A DNA stretch of 64,000 nt, from assembly GCA_963752975.1 (NCBI GenBank), contig CAVWAG010000004.1, forward strand, positions 87,660 to 151,659, written 5' to 3'. Under the pieces are notes generated by a model that had not been told where the DNA came from, ran no database searches, and saw nothing but the letters and a program-made list of their open reading frames with translations. Origin of the DNA: an uncultured Chloroflexia bacterium. GTDB lineage: Bacteria > Chloroflexota > Dehalococcoidia > GIF9 > UBA5629. The first letter of the stretch is position 1. Each line of letters starts with the position of its first letter. Below, one piece after another: positions 44,638 to 53,605 of this stretch. A program made the position numbers and the translations under genes.

Positions 44638-45030
44638 ATGGCAAAGTTGACTGACGCAATGAAGGCAGTGATAACTGGCCAGCAGGCTTGGGTGGCGACC
44701 AGCGGCGCGGACGGCCGGCCCAACCTGGCCCTGAAGGGTACTGCCAAGATACTGGATGATGAGCACATAGCCTATTTTGAACTGTTTGGCAACCGCACCT
44801 GGGCCAATATTCAGCGTAACCCCTGGGTAGCTATCGGGGTAGCCGACTCCACCAAATTCAAGGGCTACCGTTTTGAGGGTAAGGCGGAGATAGTAACCTC
44901 AGGGCCCCTCTATGATGAAGCCGTAAAGTTTGGCGAACTCCTGAAGCTGCCGGCGCCACCCAAGGCTGCCATCAAGGTTAAAATCGAAGAGATCTACAAT
45001 ATCGGCAAGGGCGGGATGAAAGTAGACTGA
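44638..45030 (+). CDS. pyridoxamine 5'-phosphate oxidase-like FMN-binding (split-barrel) protein
   Basis: 130 aa. The pattern AWVATSGADGRPNLALKGT...RNPWVAI is typical of the PNPOx-like family. Confidence 0.7.
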   Translation: MAKLTDAMKAVITGQQAWVATSGADGRPNLALKGTAKILDDEHIAYFELFGNRTWANIQRNPWVAIGVADSTKFKGYRFEGKAEIVTSGPLYDEAVKFGELLKLPAPPKAAIKVKIEEIYNIGKGGMKVD

Positions 45031-45175
45031 ACTCACATTTACCGCCGATTTTACGGCTTAAGCGCATTAAAACGGGGCAGGGATAACTGATCCGGCAAGG
45101 TAGTAAAACAACTTTTTACTCTGACACAATCAATTTCGCAGGCCTTTTCGCAAAGAACAAGGAGGGGTAAAACGC

Positions 45176-45970
45176 ATGATAAATGAAAAAGCCGTAGAAA
45201 ATATTGAAAAATACGGCCCCTGCCATGAGACAGGGGAGGAGAAACGTAAAATCCTGGACGGGATCGGTTTCCCGGTAGGCCGGAAAGCCGAATACGTGAT
45301 CATTGCCGGCTGTTTTCAGCCCGTTGGCATGCCGCATGTACTGAAAGCACTTAAAAATGTGCTCGACCACTATAAGGTCAGCTACACGCTGCTCGAGAAA
45401 GAATATTGCTGCGGCTGGATGCCCATCGGCCAGCCGGCAGTCATGTCTAAAAACGAGGAGGATATCGCCCGTTTCAAGGAGATATCCCGCAAATTGATAG
45501 TCAAGAACTTTGAGCAGGCCAAAAAGCTGGGGGCGAAATCCATAGTCCTTTTCTGTGGCGCCTGTGAACCCAATTACGCCAATGCCATGGACCTCACGGA
45601 CCTCGAGGTAATTTCCTGCAGCGAATTGATCGACCGCTATTTCACGGGCGGGAATCTCGATGCCGAGATAGACTATTATGCCGGATGCTACCGCTTCCGC
45701 CGCAAGGTGACCGACAAGCCGGTGGATGTCCAGTCAGCCGTGCGCGTGCTCAAGAAGATTGAAGGCCTAAGGGTAAATGACCTCGATAACAAGTTCTGCT
45801 GCTATATACCGCCGCACTTGGAACAACTGCTGGGTACAGTCAAGACAGGCACAGTGGTAAATATCTGTACGGGCTGCTACTTCAACCTGAAAAACGGGAT
45901 GGCCAAAGACGGGTCAAAACAGGCCAAGATGCTGCCGGAGGTTGTCTGGGAATCCCTGGGTAAAACATAG
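45176..45970 (+). CDS. cysteine-rich CCG-domain protein (HdrB/GlpC-like)
   Basis: 264 aa with two CCG-type motifs (EYCCGW, KFCCY) and additional CxxC motifs. Confidence 0.6.
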   Translation: MINEKAVENIEKYGPCHETGEEKRKILDGIGFPVGRKAEYVIIAGCFQPVGMPHVLKALKNVLDHYKVSYTLLEKEYCCGWMPIGQPAVMSKNEEDIARFKEISRKLIVKNFEQAKKLGAKSIVLFCGACEPNYANAMDLTDLEVISCSELIDRYFTGGNLDAEIDYYAGCYRFRRKVTDKPVDVQSAVRVLKKIEGLRVNDLDNKFCCYIPPHLEQLLGTVKTGTVVNICTGCYFNLKNGMAKDGSKQAKMLPEVVWESLGKT

Positions 45971-46011
45971 CCCGGGCACTGATCAAATCGAATGTCTGAT
46001 AAGGTGGATTT

Positions 46012-46853
46012 ATGCCTGAATTATCGGATTACTGCAAAGCAGGAGTAGATTTATATGAGAAGCTGCATCTGGCGACCTACCCTGTGGCCATCAAATATAT
46101 ACGGGACGAGTCGGAAATACCGCCCAAAGCCGTAAGGCCTTCACAGGCTAAGCAGCAATGGAGTTTATGCCAGGCATTCACCTATTCGCGCAGGTGGGGA
46201 TGGACCGTTGCCATGACCGCTGACGATAACTTCTGTACCCCTGCCACGGCCTCGCACAGGTGGGTTGAGATATCTGCCGACGACCTGTTGCAGAGCCAGC
46301 TCTTCCAGGCCTGGCATAAGGATGTTGAAGCGGAAAAGAAGCGGCAGAAGCACGGCCTTGACCAGGTCGGCGAGGGCAACCTGCCAAAGCTGAGTCAATA
46401 CTGCGGCTTCATCAGTTCTCCCCTGGCACATGCCCCGCTAATCCCGGACAGCGTCCTGGTTTTGGCAACGGGGAAAATATCAACCATGTAATCCAGGCTA
46501 TCACTTATGAAGGTGAAAACTACCCGACGTCAACCTTCGAGGGTTTCGGGGAAACATGTATAAAAGGCGGCCTCCTGCCCCATATAACCGGGATACCTCA
46601 GATCGTTATACCCGGCATGGGAGACCGTACCTTTTCCGGCGTTTACGACTACGAGATCGCTATCGGCCTGCCTGCCAGCCTGCTCTTCGTCACGGTTCAG
46701 AATCTATTCAAGTCAGGGGGCAGGCTCAATTTGGGCAACCCGGTCAGGACGCTGCTGCCCACAGGCATCACCACAAATATCACTCCCGGCTTTAAATACA
46801 TGCGTCAGAAGATCGACGAGAGCGAAAAGAGAAAATCAGGGAAAAAAGGCTGA
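46012..46853 (+). pseudogene. DUF169 family protein, frameshifted at a T4 run (46460-46463)
   Basis: The 159-aa ORF plus a downstream frame (…ENINHVIQAITYEGENYPTSTFEGFGETCIKGG…) are collinear with the intact 277-aa paralogue. Adding one T restores the frame. Confidence 0.75.
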
Positions 46854-47097
46854 TAGCATAGCTGATGAACCAATTCAGGGACGGCGCCCGGTAGGCCTTG
46901 GCGGGTGAAGCGATTCCAAGCTTGGGTCCACAGGCTTTTACCGGCTTGCAGCCATATGCGTCCCTAACCCAATAGCCAGCGCTGTCTCCTGGCAAACGAT
47001 ACAGTAACACCGGCGAAGCCCTGATTGGCAATTCTGCACGATGTATTTTATACTGTAAGCGCGTTATTGGGGTGGTACTTTGTCTTGCAGGTAAGCT

Positions 47098-49203
47098 ATG
47101 CCATCAAAGTCAAAGCAAAATAAGGTCAAGGGCAGGATGTTGGGGCGGGTGGATTATATAGCTCTGAGCAGGGATCTTGTAGATGCTGTCGAAAGCGGCG
47201 TTTACATCGTTCAGTCCAAGAAATTCGTTTACGTAAACCCTTTCTTAGCGAAATTGACCGGTTATTCACGTGAAGAATTAATCGGTATGCGCTCCCTCAA
47301 ATTAGTACTGCCGCAGGACAGGCCGGCGGTCAGAAAGAAAGCAATCAGGAATCTGAAGAGCCGCCTTGGCCCCAAGCCTTACGAATACAGGTTCATCAAG
47401 AAGGACGGCGAGATCATGTGGGTCATGGAAAAGGTCTCTCCGATCGGATATATGGGACAGAAGGCAGCGCTGGGGAGCTTCGTGGACATTACCGAGCGCA
47501 AGCGGCTGGAAGAGGCCCTTGCACACTCTGAAAAAACGTACCGCACCATCCTGGAGAAGATGTATGACTCTTATTACGAAGTGGACCTCGCGGGCAATTT
47601 CACTTTCGTCAACGATTCTGTGTGCCTCAACCTGGGTTATTCCAGTGAAGAAATGGTGGGGCAGAGCTACCGGTTTACCACCCCGCCTGATGATATCAAG
47701 CCCCTATTTATTGCTTTCAATCAGGTATTCAATACGGGAATCCCCAATATAGGCTTCGCCCACGGAATACTCCGCAAAGACGGCAGCGTGATATTAGTCG
47801 AATCCTCGATTTCCGTGCGGGAAAACGAACAGGGCGAGATTATCGGTTTTCGGTCAGTCAGCCGTGACATTACCGAGCGCAAGCAGCTTGAAGAAGCGCT
47901 TGCACGCTCGGAAGAAAGATACCGCACCATACTTGAGCAAATGCAGGACTCCTACTACGAGGTGGACCTTGCCGGCAATTATACCTTCGTCAGTGAATCC
48001 GCAGGCCATAGCCTCGGTTATTCACGCGAAGAGCTCATAGGCAGTAATTATCGCATTTCGGTGTTTGAAGAGGATACTAGGAATATCTTCGCTGCTTTCA
48101 ACGAAGTATACAGGACAGGAAAACCAAATAAGGGGTTCGCATACAGGGTACGGCACAAGGACGGCAGCATAATATTTTCAGAAGTATCGGTTGATCTTAA
48201 AAAGAATGAGCAGGGAGAGGTTACCGGGTTCAAGTGCGTCAACCGCGACATCACCGAGCGCAAGCGGATTGAGAATGCGCTGAAGGAGAGCGAGGAGCAA
48301 TTCAGGACCGCCCTGGAGAATGCCCCGGACGGCGTCTATATGAACGACTTTGAAGGCAACTTCCTCTATGGCAACCTCAAGTGCGAGGAGATAATAGGTT
48401 ACAAGCGTGAAGAGCTTATAGGCAAGAACTTCCTGGAGTTGAATATCCTCCCTGAAGGCAGCCTTGCCAGGGCTGTAGAGCTGTTACAGGATAATATCAA
48501 TGGCAAATCCACGGGTCCCGATGAGTTAGAGCTTATAGGCAGGGACGGCCACCGCATACCCGTAGAGATCAACACCAGCGTAGTACATCGGGGCGGTCAG
48601 AAAGTCGTGCTGGCTTTTGTCAGGGACGTCACCGAGCGCAAGAAGCTGGAGCAAAAGCTCGTGGAAATGGCGACCCATGACTTCCTAACCGGGTTGCCCA
48701 ACAGGGTATTGCTGCTGGACCGTTTCAGCATGGCGGCATCGCTGGCCCACCGCAATAAGGCGCGGCTTGCCGTCATGTCGCTGGACCTGGACATGTTTAA
48801 ATCCATTAATGACACCCTCGGCCACGACGCGGGTGACCAGGTGCTTAAGGCTGTCAGCAAGCGGCTTGCGGGAACAATACGTGCCAGCGATACATTGGCC
48901 CGCGTGGGGGGAGATGAATTTATACTGGTGATGATGGAGACCAACCACTTTGAAGATGCCACTGCCATAGCCCAAAAGATCCTGGATTCTTTTAGAGAGC
49001 CGCTTTCCATTGACGGACATCAACTACACCTTTCAACCAGCGTAGGTATCGCCATCTACCCTGAAGACGCGGAGGACATAGAGACACTGACTAAGAAATC
49101 CGATGCCGCGATGTATTACTCCAAGGGTCACGGCCGCAACCAGTTCAAGTTTTTCAGCGATGGCGATGTCCGGATTAGCGGAGATCATAAGAGCGCCCCC
49201 TGA
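47098..49203 (+). CDS. sensor diguanylate cyclase: four PAS domains plus GGDEF
   Basis: 701 aa with four PAS units joined by DITERK(R/Q)LEEAL linkers. The C-terminal domain has the GGDEF motif (ARVGGDEFILV). Confidence 0.9.
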   Translation: MPSKSKQNKVKGRMLGRVDYIALSRDLVDAVESGVYIVQSKKFVYVNPFLAKLTGYSREELIGMRSLKLVLPQDRPAVRKKAIRNLKSRLGPKPYEYRFIKKDGEIMWVMEKVSPIGYMGQKAALGSFVDITERKRLEEALAHSEKTYRTILEKMYDSYYEVDLAGNFTFVNDSVCLNLGYSSEEMVGQSYRFTTPPDDIKPLFIAFNQVFNTGIPNIGFAHGILRKDGSVILVESSISVRENEQGEIIGFRSVSRDITERKQLEEALARSEERYRTILEQMQDSYYEVDLAGNYTFVSESAGHSLGYSREELIGSNYRISVFEEDTRNIFAAFNEVYRTGKPNKGFAYRVRHKDGSIIFSEVSVDLKKNEQGEVTGFKCVNRDITERKRIENALKESEEQFRTALENAPDGVYMNDFEGNFLYGNLKCEEIIGYKREELIGKNFLELNILPEGSLARAVELLQDNINGKSTGPDELELIGRDGHRIPVEINTSVVHRGGQKVVLAFVRDVTERKKLEQKLVEMATHDFLTGLPNRVLLLDRFSMAASLAHRNKARLAVMSLDLDMFKSINDTLGHDAGDQVLKAVSKRLAGTIRASDTLARVGGDEFILVMMETNHFEDATAIAQKILDSFREPLSIDGHQLHLSTSVGIAIYPEDAEDIETLTKKSDAAMYYSKGHGRNQFKFFSDGDVRISGDHKSAP

Positions 49204-49329
49204 ATTTGAGAGCTGCCACAGGAAATATCCCGGCTATTTATGCTTCTTTACAAATGTGCTTATAATATTCTAAGATTAAAGGCTGATATTTCAGGCACAT
49301 TTCATATTTAATTCGAAAAGGGGTGCAAG

Positions 49330-50691
49330 ATGAGCGAAACCGCGACTCCCGTCAAGACCGAAAAGAAGAGGGCCATCAACCGGCTTAAAAGCATGTACCC
49401 GCTGCGCAACGTCGTGCAGCAGGATTACATTGATACGCTCAAGGCCAGCAACGAGGGCAAGCCGACCGTCTGGTCGATGTTAAACTATTGGGAAGGGGAC
49501 CTTCCCCTCAAAGCCATGGGGCTGAATATCGTCTACCCGGAGAATTACGCCACCCTGCTGGCCGCTTCCGGCGCCGCCGAACCTTTCCTCGATGCTTCCG
49601 ACTCGGACGGCTTCCCCACCCACATGTGCGGCTATGGCAGGAGCACCATCGGCTATTCTTACCGCATGATGAAAGAGAACGGCGGCAAGATACCGCCCGA
49701 TGCTCCGCTGGGCGGCATGGCCAAGCCGGCCCTGCTGCTGGGCTCCGGCATCATCTGCGACGCGCGCTTCAAGTGGTTCCAGTCGCTGGCCCGCTACTTC
49801 GACGCCCCGGAATGGTGCCTCGAGATGCCGATGATGGCCACCTACGAGGGCTCCGAACCTGATTTGGAGGCCTACCAGGTGAAGTTCCTGGTAAAAGAGC
49901 TTAAGGATTTCATCGCCTTCCTGGAAAAACTTTTCAAGCGGAAAATGGACTGGGCAAAGCTGGAAGAGCTTACCGACCTGGCAGTAAAAATACACGAGAC
50001 TACCTACAAGATAAGCGAACTGCGCCAGTCGATACCCGGTCCCATGCACGCTACTGATTTCTGGAGCAGCATGCCGCCTTCCCTCTTCTTCGCCGGCGAC
50101 ATGAAGGTATCGCTAAGGTGCTACCAGGATATGCTGGACGAGGTGCAGGAGCGGGTTAATAATAAAGTATCGGGCATCAACTACCCTGAGCGCTACCGTC
50201 TCATCTTCGCCGAGCTACCGCCCTGGCATAGCCTGAAGTTCTTCGACAACCTGGCCGAGATGGGCTGGAATTTCGTCTTCGAGAGCTTCGGCTATCACGC
50301 TCCAAAGCCGCCCGACCTCAGCAAGTACAGCGACCCCTGCGAGAAGCTGGCGCGCCTCTCCCGCAATTTCATGTTCAATGTGTTCCCCGAGGCCAAGGCT
50401 GACAACATCCAGAACCCCATCGTCGAGACCTACCTCAAGATCGCCCGCGGCTTTAAAGCGGACGGCTTTTTCATGCACCCTCTAATCTCCTGCCGCGCAG
50501 CCAGTTGCAGCCTGCGCACGGTGCAGCACTGGGAACAGGAGAAATTAGACGTGCCCAGCCTCTGGGTGGAAGGGGATATCATCGACAAACGCGTCTTCAA
50601 CCCGCAGGAGGTGCTGGCCAGGGCCGAGGCTTTCGAACAGACCATGGACCACTACAGGAAGGTCAGGAAGTCCAGGGGGCTCGACTGGTAG
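49330..50691 (+). CDS. 2-hydroxyacyl-CoA dehydratase / benzoyl-CoA reductase B-type subunit family protein
   Basis: 453 aa with an HGD-D-like pattern (VWSMLNYWEGDLPLKAMGLNIVYPENY, HMCGYGRS). Confidence 0.75.
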   Translation: MSETATPVKTEKKRAINRLKSMYPLRNVVQQDYIDTLKASNEGKPTVWSMLNYWEGDLPLKAMGLNIVYPENYATLLAASGAAEPFLDASDSDGFPTHMCGYGRSTIGYSYRMMKENGGKIPPDAPLGGMAKPALLLGSGIICDARFKWFQSLARYFDAPEWCLEMPMMATYEGSEPDLEAYQVKFLVKELKDFIAFLEKLFKRKMDWAKLEELTDLAVKIHETTYKISELRQSIPGPMHATDFWSSMPPSLFFAGDMKVSLRCYQDMLDEVQERVNNKVSGINYPERYRLIFAELPPWHSLKFFDNLAEMGWNFVFESFGYHAPKPPDLSKYSDPCEKLARLSRNFMFNVFPEAKADNIQNPIVETYLKIARGFKADGFFMHPLISCRAASCSLRTVQHWEQEKLDVPSLWVEGDIIDKRVFNPQEVLARAEAFEQTMDHYRKVRKSRGLDW

Positions 50692-50716
50692 CCAATAATT
50701 AAACAGGGAGAATAAA

Positions 50717-51889
50717 ATGGTAACAGCTACGACTAAAGGGCTTTCCAGGGCACACGAGATTTACGCGGACAGAGGCAAGCGTGTGCGCGAGTTGCGCAAG
50801 GCCGGCAAGAAGATAATCGGCTACATCTGCCTCTACCCCCCGATTGAGATAATAACGGCGATGGGCATGGTGCCATTCCGCATTTTCGGCGATATGAGCG
50901 AACCGATCACAGCCGCGGACAAGGTTTCGACTACCGTGGTCTGTCCTTTCCTGCGCAGCATTATCGACCTCGGCATCAAGGGAAAATTCGATTTTCTGGA
51001 CGGCGCCGTGGGCGCGCATACCTGCGATATCGGCATGACCACCATCATTGCCTGGCGTGACTACATTAAAGACGCACCTTTCACACACCTCATCGATGTG
51101 CCCCATACCGATCATGCGCCGGCTGTTGATTACTTTGAGGGACAGATAAATTTCTTTAAACAGCATATCGAGGAATTAGCCGGGGAAAAGCTCAGCGCAG
51201 ACAAGCTTAAAAAGGCCTGTGAGTTGCATAATAAACAGCGCAAGCTGGTCAGGGATCTTTACGACCTGCGCAAATCAGATCCACCCAGGCTCAACTCGAT
51301 GGAGAACCTCGAGGTCATGGTTTCACTTTTCAGCCTGCCGGTGGAAGAGGGCAACGAACTCCTGGAAGCGGTCATCCGGGAAGTCAAAGAGCGCAGCATC
51401 AAGCCGGCCAAGAAGAAGGCCCGCCTGCTGGTGTGGGGCCCTGTTTTCGACAATACGTCACTTTACGAGCTCATAGAGAGCACCGGCGCCGACGTTGTAG
51501 TGGATGACACCTGCGTGGGCACCAGGGCCTTCTGGGCCGACGTTAAAGCCCCTTATAACCTGCATGCGCTGGCGCAGCGCTACCTGGTGGACATCAAATG
51601 CCCGCGCACCTACCGCGATACACAGCATCAAGAGACCGAACGCAGTTACGACAAGGACCTGGATAGCAGGTTCAGCTATATTAAAAAAGCCGTGACCGAC
51701 TGGCACGTTAACGGCGTCATCCTGCAGAGCGTCAAGTACTGCGACACGCACGGCTACGAGGTCCCCAACCTGAGGCATTATCTCGATACCCTGGGCATAC
51801 CCAGCATCTACATAGAGCACGACTACAGCGAGAGGTCTCTGGCCCCGATTAAAACTCGGGTGGAGGCCTTCGTGGAGACCCTGGGCTGA
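50717..51889 (+). CDS. 2-hydroxyacyl-CoA dehydratase / benzoyl-CoA reductase C-type subunit family protein
   Basis: 390 aa with GYICLYPPIEIITAMGMVPFRIFG, CPFLRS, AHTCD and KYCDTHGYE motifs. Confidence 0.75.
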   Translation: MVTATTKGLSRAHEIYADRGKRVRELRKAGKKIIGYICLYPPIEIITAMGMVPFRIFGDMSEPITAADKVSTTVVCPFLRSIIDLGIKGKFDFLDGAVGAHTCDIGMTTIIAWRDYIKDAPFTHLIDVPHTDHAPAVDYFEGQINFFKQHIEELAGEKLSADKLKKACELHNKQRKLVRDLYDLRKSDPPRLNSMENLEVMVSLFSLPVEEGNELLEAVIREVKERSIKPAKKKARLLVWGPVFDNTSLYELIESTGADVVVDDTCVGTRAFWADVKAPYNLHALAQRYLVDIKCPRTYRDTQHQETERSYDKDLDSRFSYIKKAVTDWHVNGVILQSVKYCDTHGYEVPNLRHYLDTLGIPSIYIEHDYSERSLAPIKTRVEAFVETLG

Positions 51890-51909
51890 GGTAAAACAGC
51901 AAGCCCCGC

Positions 51910-52785
51910 ATGGAAAACGCGACTCCAGCTCTTTTCTTCGCCGGCATCGATATAGGCTCCACCATGTCCAAGGCAGTCGTGGTGGACGCACAAGGCGCGA
52001 TGCGCGGCTACGTGGTCGGTCCCACCGGCGCTGAGCACCGCCGCCGCGCCAATAAGGTCATGGAGGACGTCCTTCTCAAGGCAGGGATCACGCTCGACCA
52101 GGTCGCCTACATCATCTCCACCGGCTACGGCCGCGTCAACGTCCCCTTCGCCGATAAGCAGGTCACCGAGCTTACCTGCCACGCCAGAGGGGTAGCCTCC
52201 CTTTTCCCCGATGTGCGAACTGCAATAGACATCGGCGGCCAGGACGCCAAGGTACTCAAGATTAAGAGTGGCAGGCTGACCGACTTCCTCACCAACGATA
52301 AGTGCGCCGCCGGCACGGGCAGGTTCCTGGAGGTGGCAGCGGAGACGCTGGGACTGGAGCTCAACGAGATGGGGCGGATATCACTGCAGAGCGACACGCC
52401 CGTCAAGATAAACAGCCTGTGCACTATCTTCGCCCAGCAGGAGATAATCTCCCGCCTTTCCGAGGGACAGCCTTTGACGGATATACTGGCCGGCGTTTAC
52501 ATCGCCGTAACCACGCGCGTGGTCAAGCTGGCCAGGCAACTCAAGGTAGAGCCGCCCGTGGTCTTCACCGGCGGAGTGGCCAAAAACTCGGGCATGGTCA
52601 AAGCTATGGAGACCGTACTGGGCATGCCCGTCTTGGTCCCGGAAGAGCCTCTCATCACCGGCGCACTGGGCGCCGCCATACTGGCGCGTGACGAGGCTTT
52701 TAAGCTGGTGCAGGACGGCGATTTTAAGATGGCGAAAAAACAGCTCAGCGAAGCTTATATAGAATTCATGGAGAAAGGCCGGTGA
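51910..52785 (+). CDS. BcrA/BadF/HgdC-type ATPase (acyl-CoA reductase/dehydratase activating subunit), copy 1
   Basis: 291 aa with AGIDIGSTMSKAVVVD, DIGGQDAKV, NDKCAAGTGRFLE and SLCTIFAQQE motifs (two cluster Cys). Confidence 0.8.
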   Translation: MENATPALFFAGIDIGSTMSKAVVVDAQGAMRGYVVGPTGAEHRRRANKVMEDVLLKAGITLDQVAYIISTGYGRVNVPFADKQVTELTCHARGVASLFPDVRTAIDIGGQDAKVLKIKSGRLTDFLTNDKCAAGTGRFLEVAAETLGLELNEMGRISLQSDTPVKINSLCTIFAQQEIISRLSEGQPLTDILAGVYIAVTTRVVKLARQLKVEPPVVFTGGVAKNSGMVKAMETVLGMPVLVPEEPLITGALGAAILARDEAFKLVQDGDFKMAKKQLSEAYIEFMEKGR

Positions 52786-53555
52786 CCAACTATTTCCTCG
52801 GTATCGACATCGGCGCGGCAGCCAGCAAGGCCGTAATCATCGACGGCCAAAAGAAGATCATGGGTGCGGGTGTGATACCCTCGGGCACCAACTACGCCAC
52901 CACCGCCGCGGCGGTAAAGGCCGAGGCTTTAAAACAGGCCGGACTTCAACTCGCTGATATCACCTTCAGCGCCGCCACCGGCATCGGCGGGCGCAACGCC
53001 GGCGCCGATAGCTATCATGGCGTGATAATCTGCGACGCCCGAGGCGTGAACCTCACCTTCCCCGGCGTGCGCACTATCATAGATATAGGAGGCCAGGGCA
53101 GCCAGGTCATCACCATGGACGAAAACGGGCGGGTCATCAACTTCAACGTCTCCGAGATATGCGCCACCGGCAGCGCGCGGCTGCTACAGGTCGTGGCCCG
53201 CATATTGCAGATAAGCATCGACGAGATCGGTCCGCTATCCCTAAAAGCCACTAAACCTTCCAGCTTCTCCACCTCCTGCACCGTTTTCCTTGAAACCGAG
53301 GTCATCACACGCATCTCGCAGGGCGATAGCCCCGAGGATATCCTGGCCGGCATCCACCGCTCGATCGCCGATAAGATAAGCGGCATGTCTCGCGGCGTAG
53401 CCCTTGAGAAAGATTTCGCGGTCATCGGCGGCGGCGCGCTCGACATCGGCCTGGTGCAGGCCATCGATGAGAAGCTCGGCATAAAAACCCTCGTACCCGA
53501 AAACCCCCGGCTTATGGCTGCGCTGGGCGCCGCGGTTATCGCCGCTGAGCATTAG
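52782..53555 (+). CDS. BcrD/BadG/HgdC-type ATPase, copy 2
   Basis: 257 aa. The GTG start overlaps the upstream TGA (GTGA). Motifs LGIDIGAAASKAVIID, DIGGQGSQV, SEICATGSARLLQ and TSCTVFLETE. Confidence 0.8.
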   Translation: MTNYFLGIDIGAAASKAVIIDGQKKIMGAGVIPSGTNYATTAAAVKAEALKQAGLQLADITFSAATGIGGRNAGADSYHGVIICDARGVNLTFPGVRTIIDIGGQGSQVITMDENGRVINFNVSEICATGSARLLQVVARILQISIDEIGPLSLKATKPSSFSTSCTVFLETEVITRISQGDSPEDILAGIHRSIADKISGMSRGVALEKDFAVIGGGALDIGLVQAIDEKLGIKTLVPENPRLMAALGAAVIAAEH

Positions 53556-53605
53556 TCCATTATTGGGAGGCTATATTGCTAAAATACCAGAACGGAGGCA
53601 ACGAG

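Noticed and set aside
46854-47097. 244-bp GC-rich non-coding gap upstream of the PAS-GGDEF gene, considered as a riboswitch (e.g. c-di-GMP) or tRNA
   Set aside because: I could not find the conserved cores of the c-di-GMP riboswitch classes or a tRNA cloverleaf by eye. Only a weak TTGGCA-17 nt-TTATAC promoter-like element (47025-47053) is visible. Its status is unresolved without a covariance-model search.
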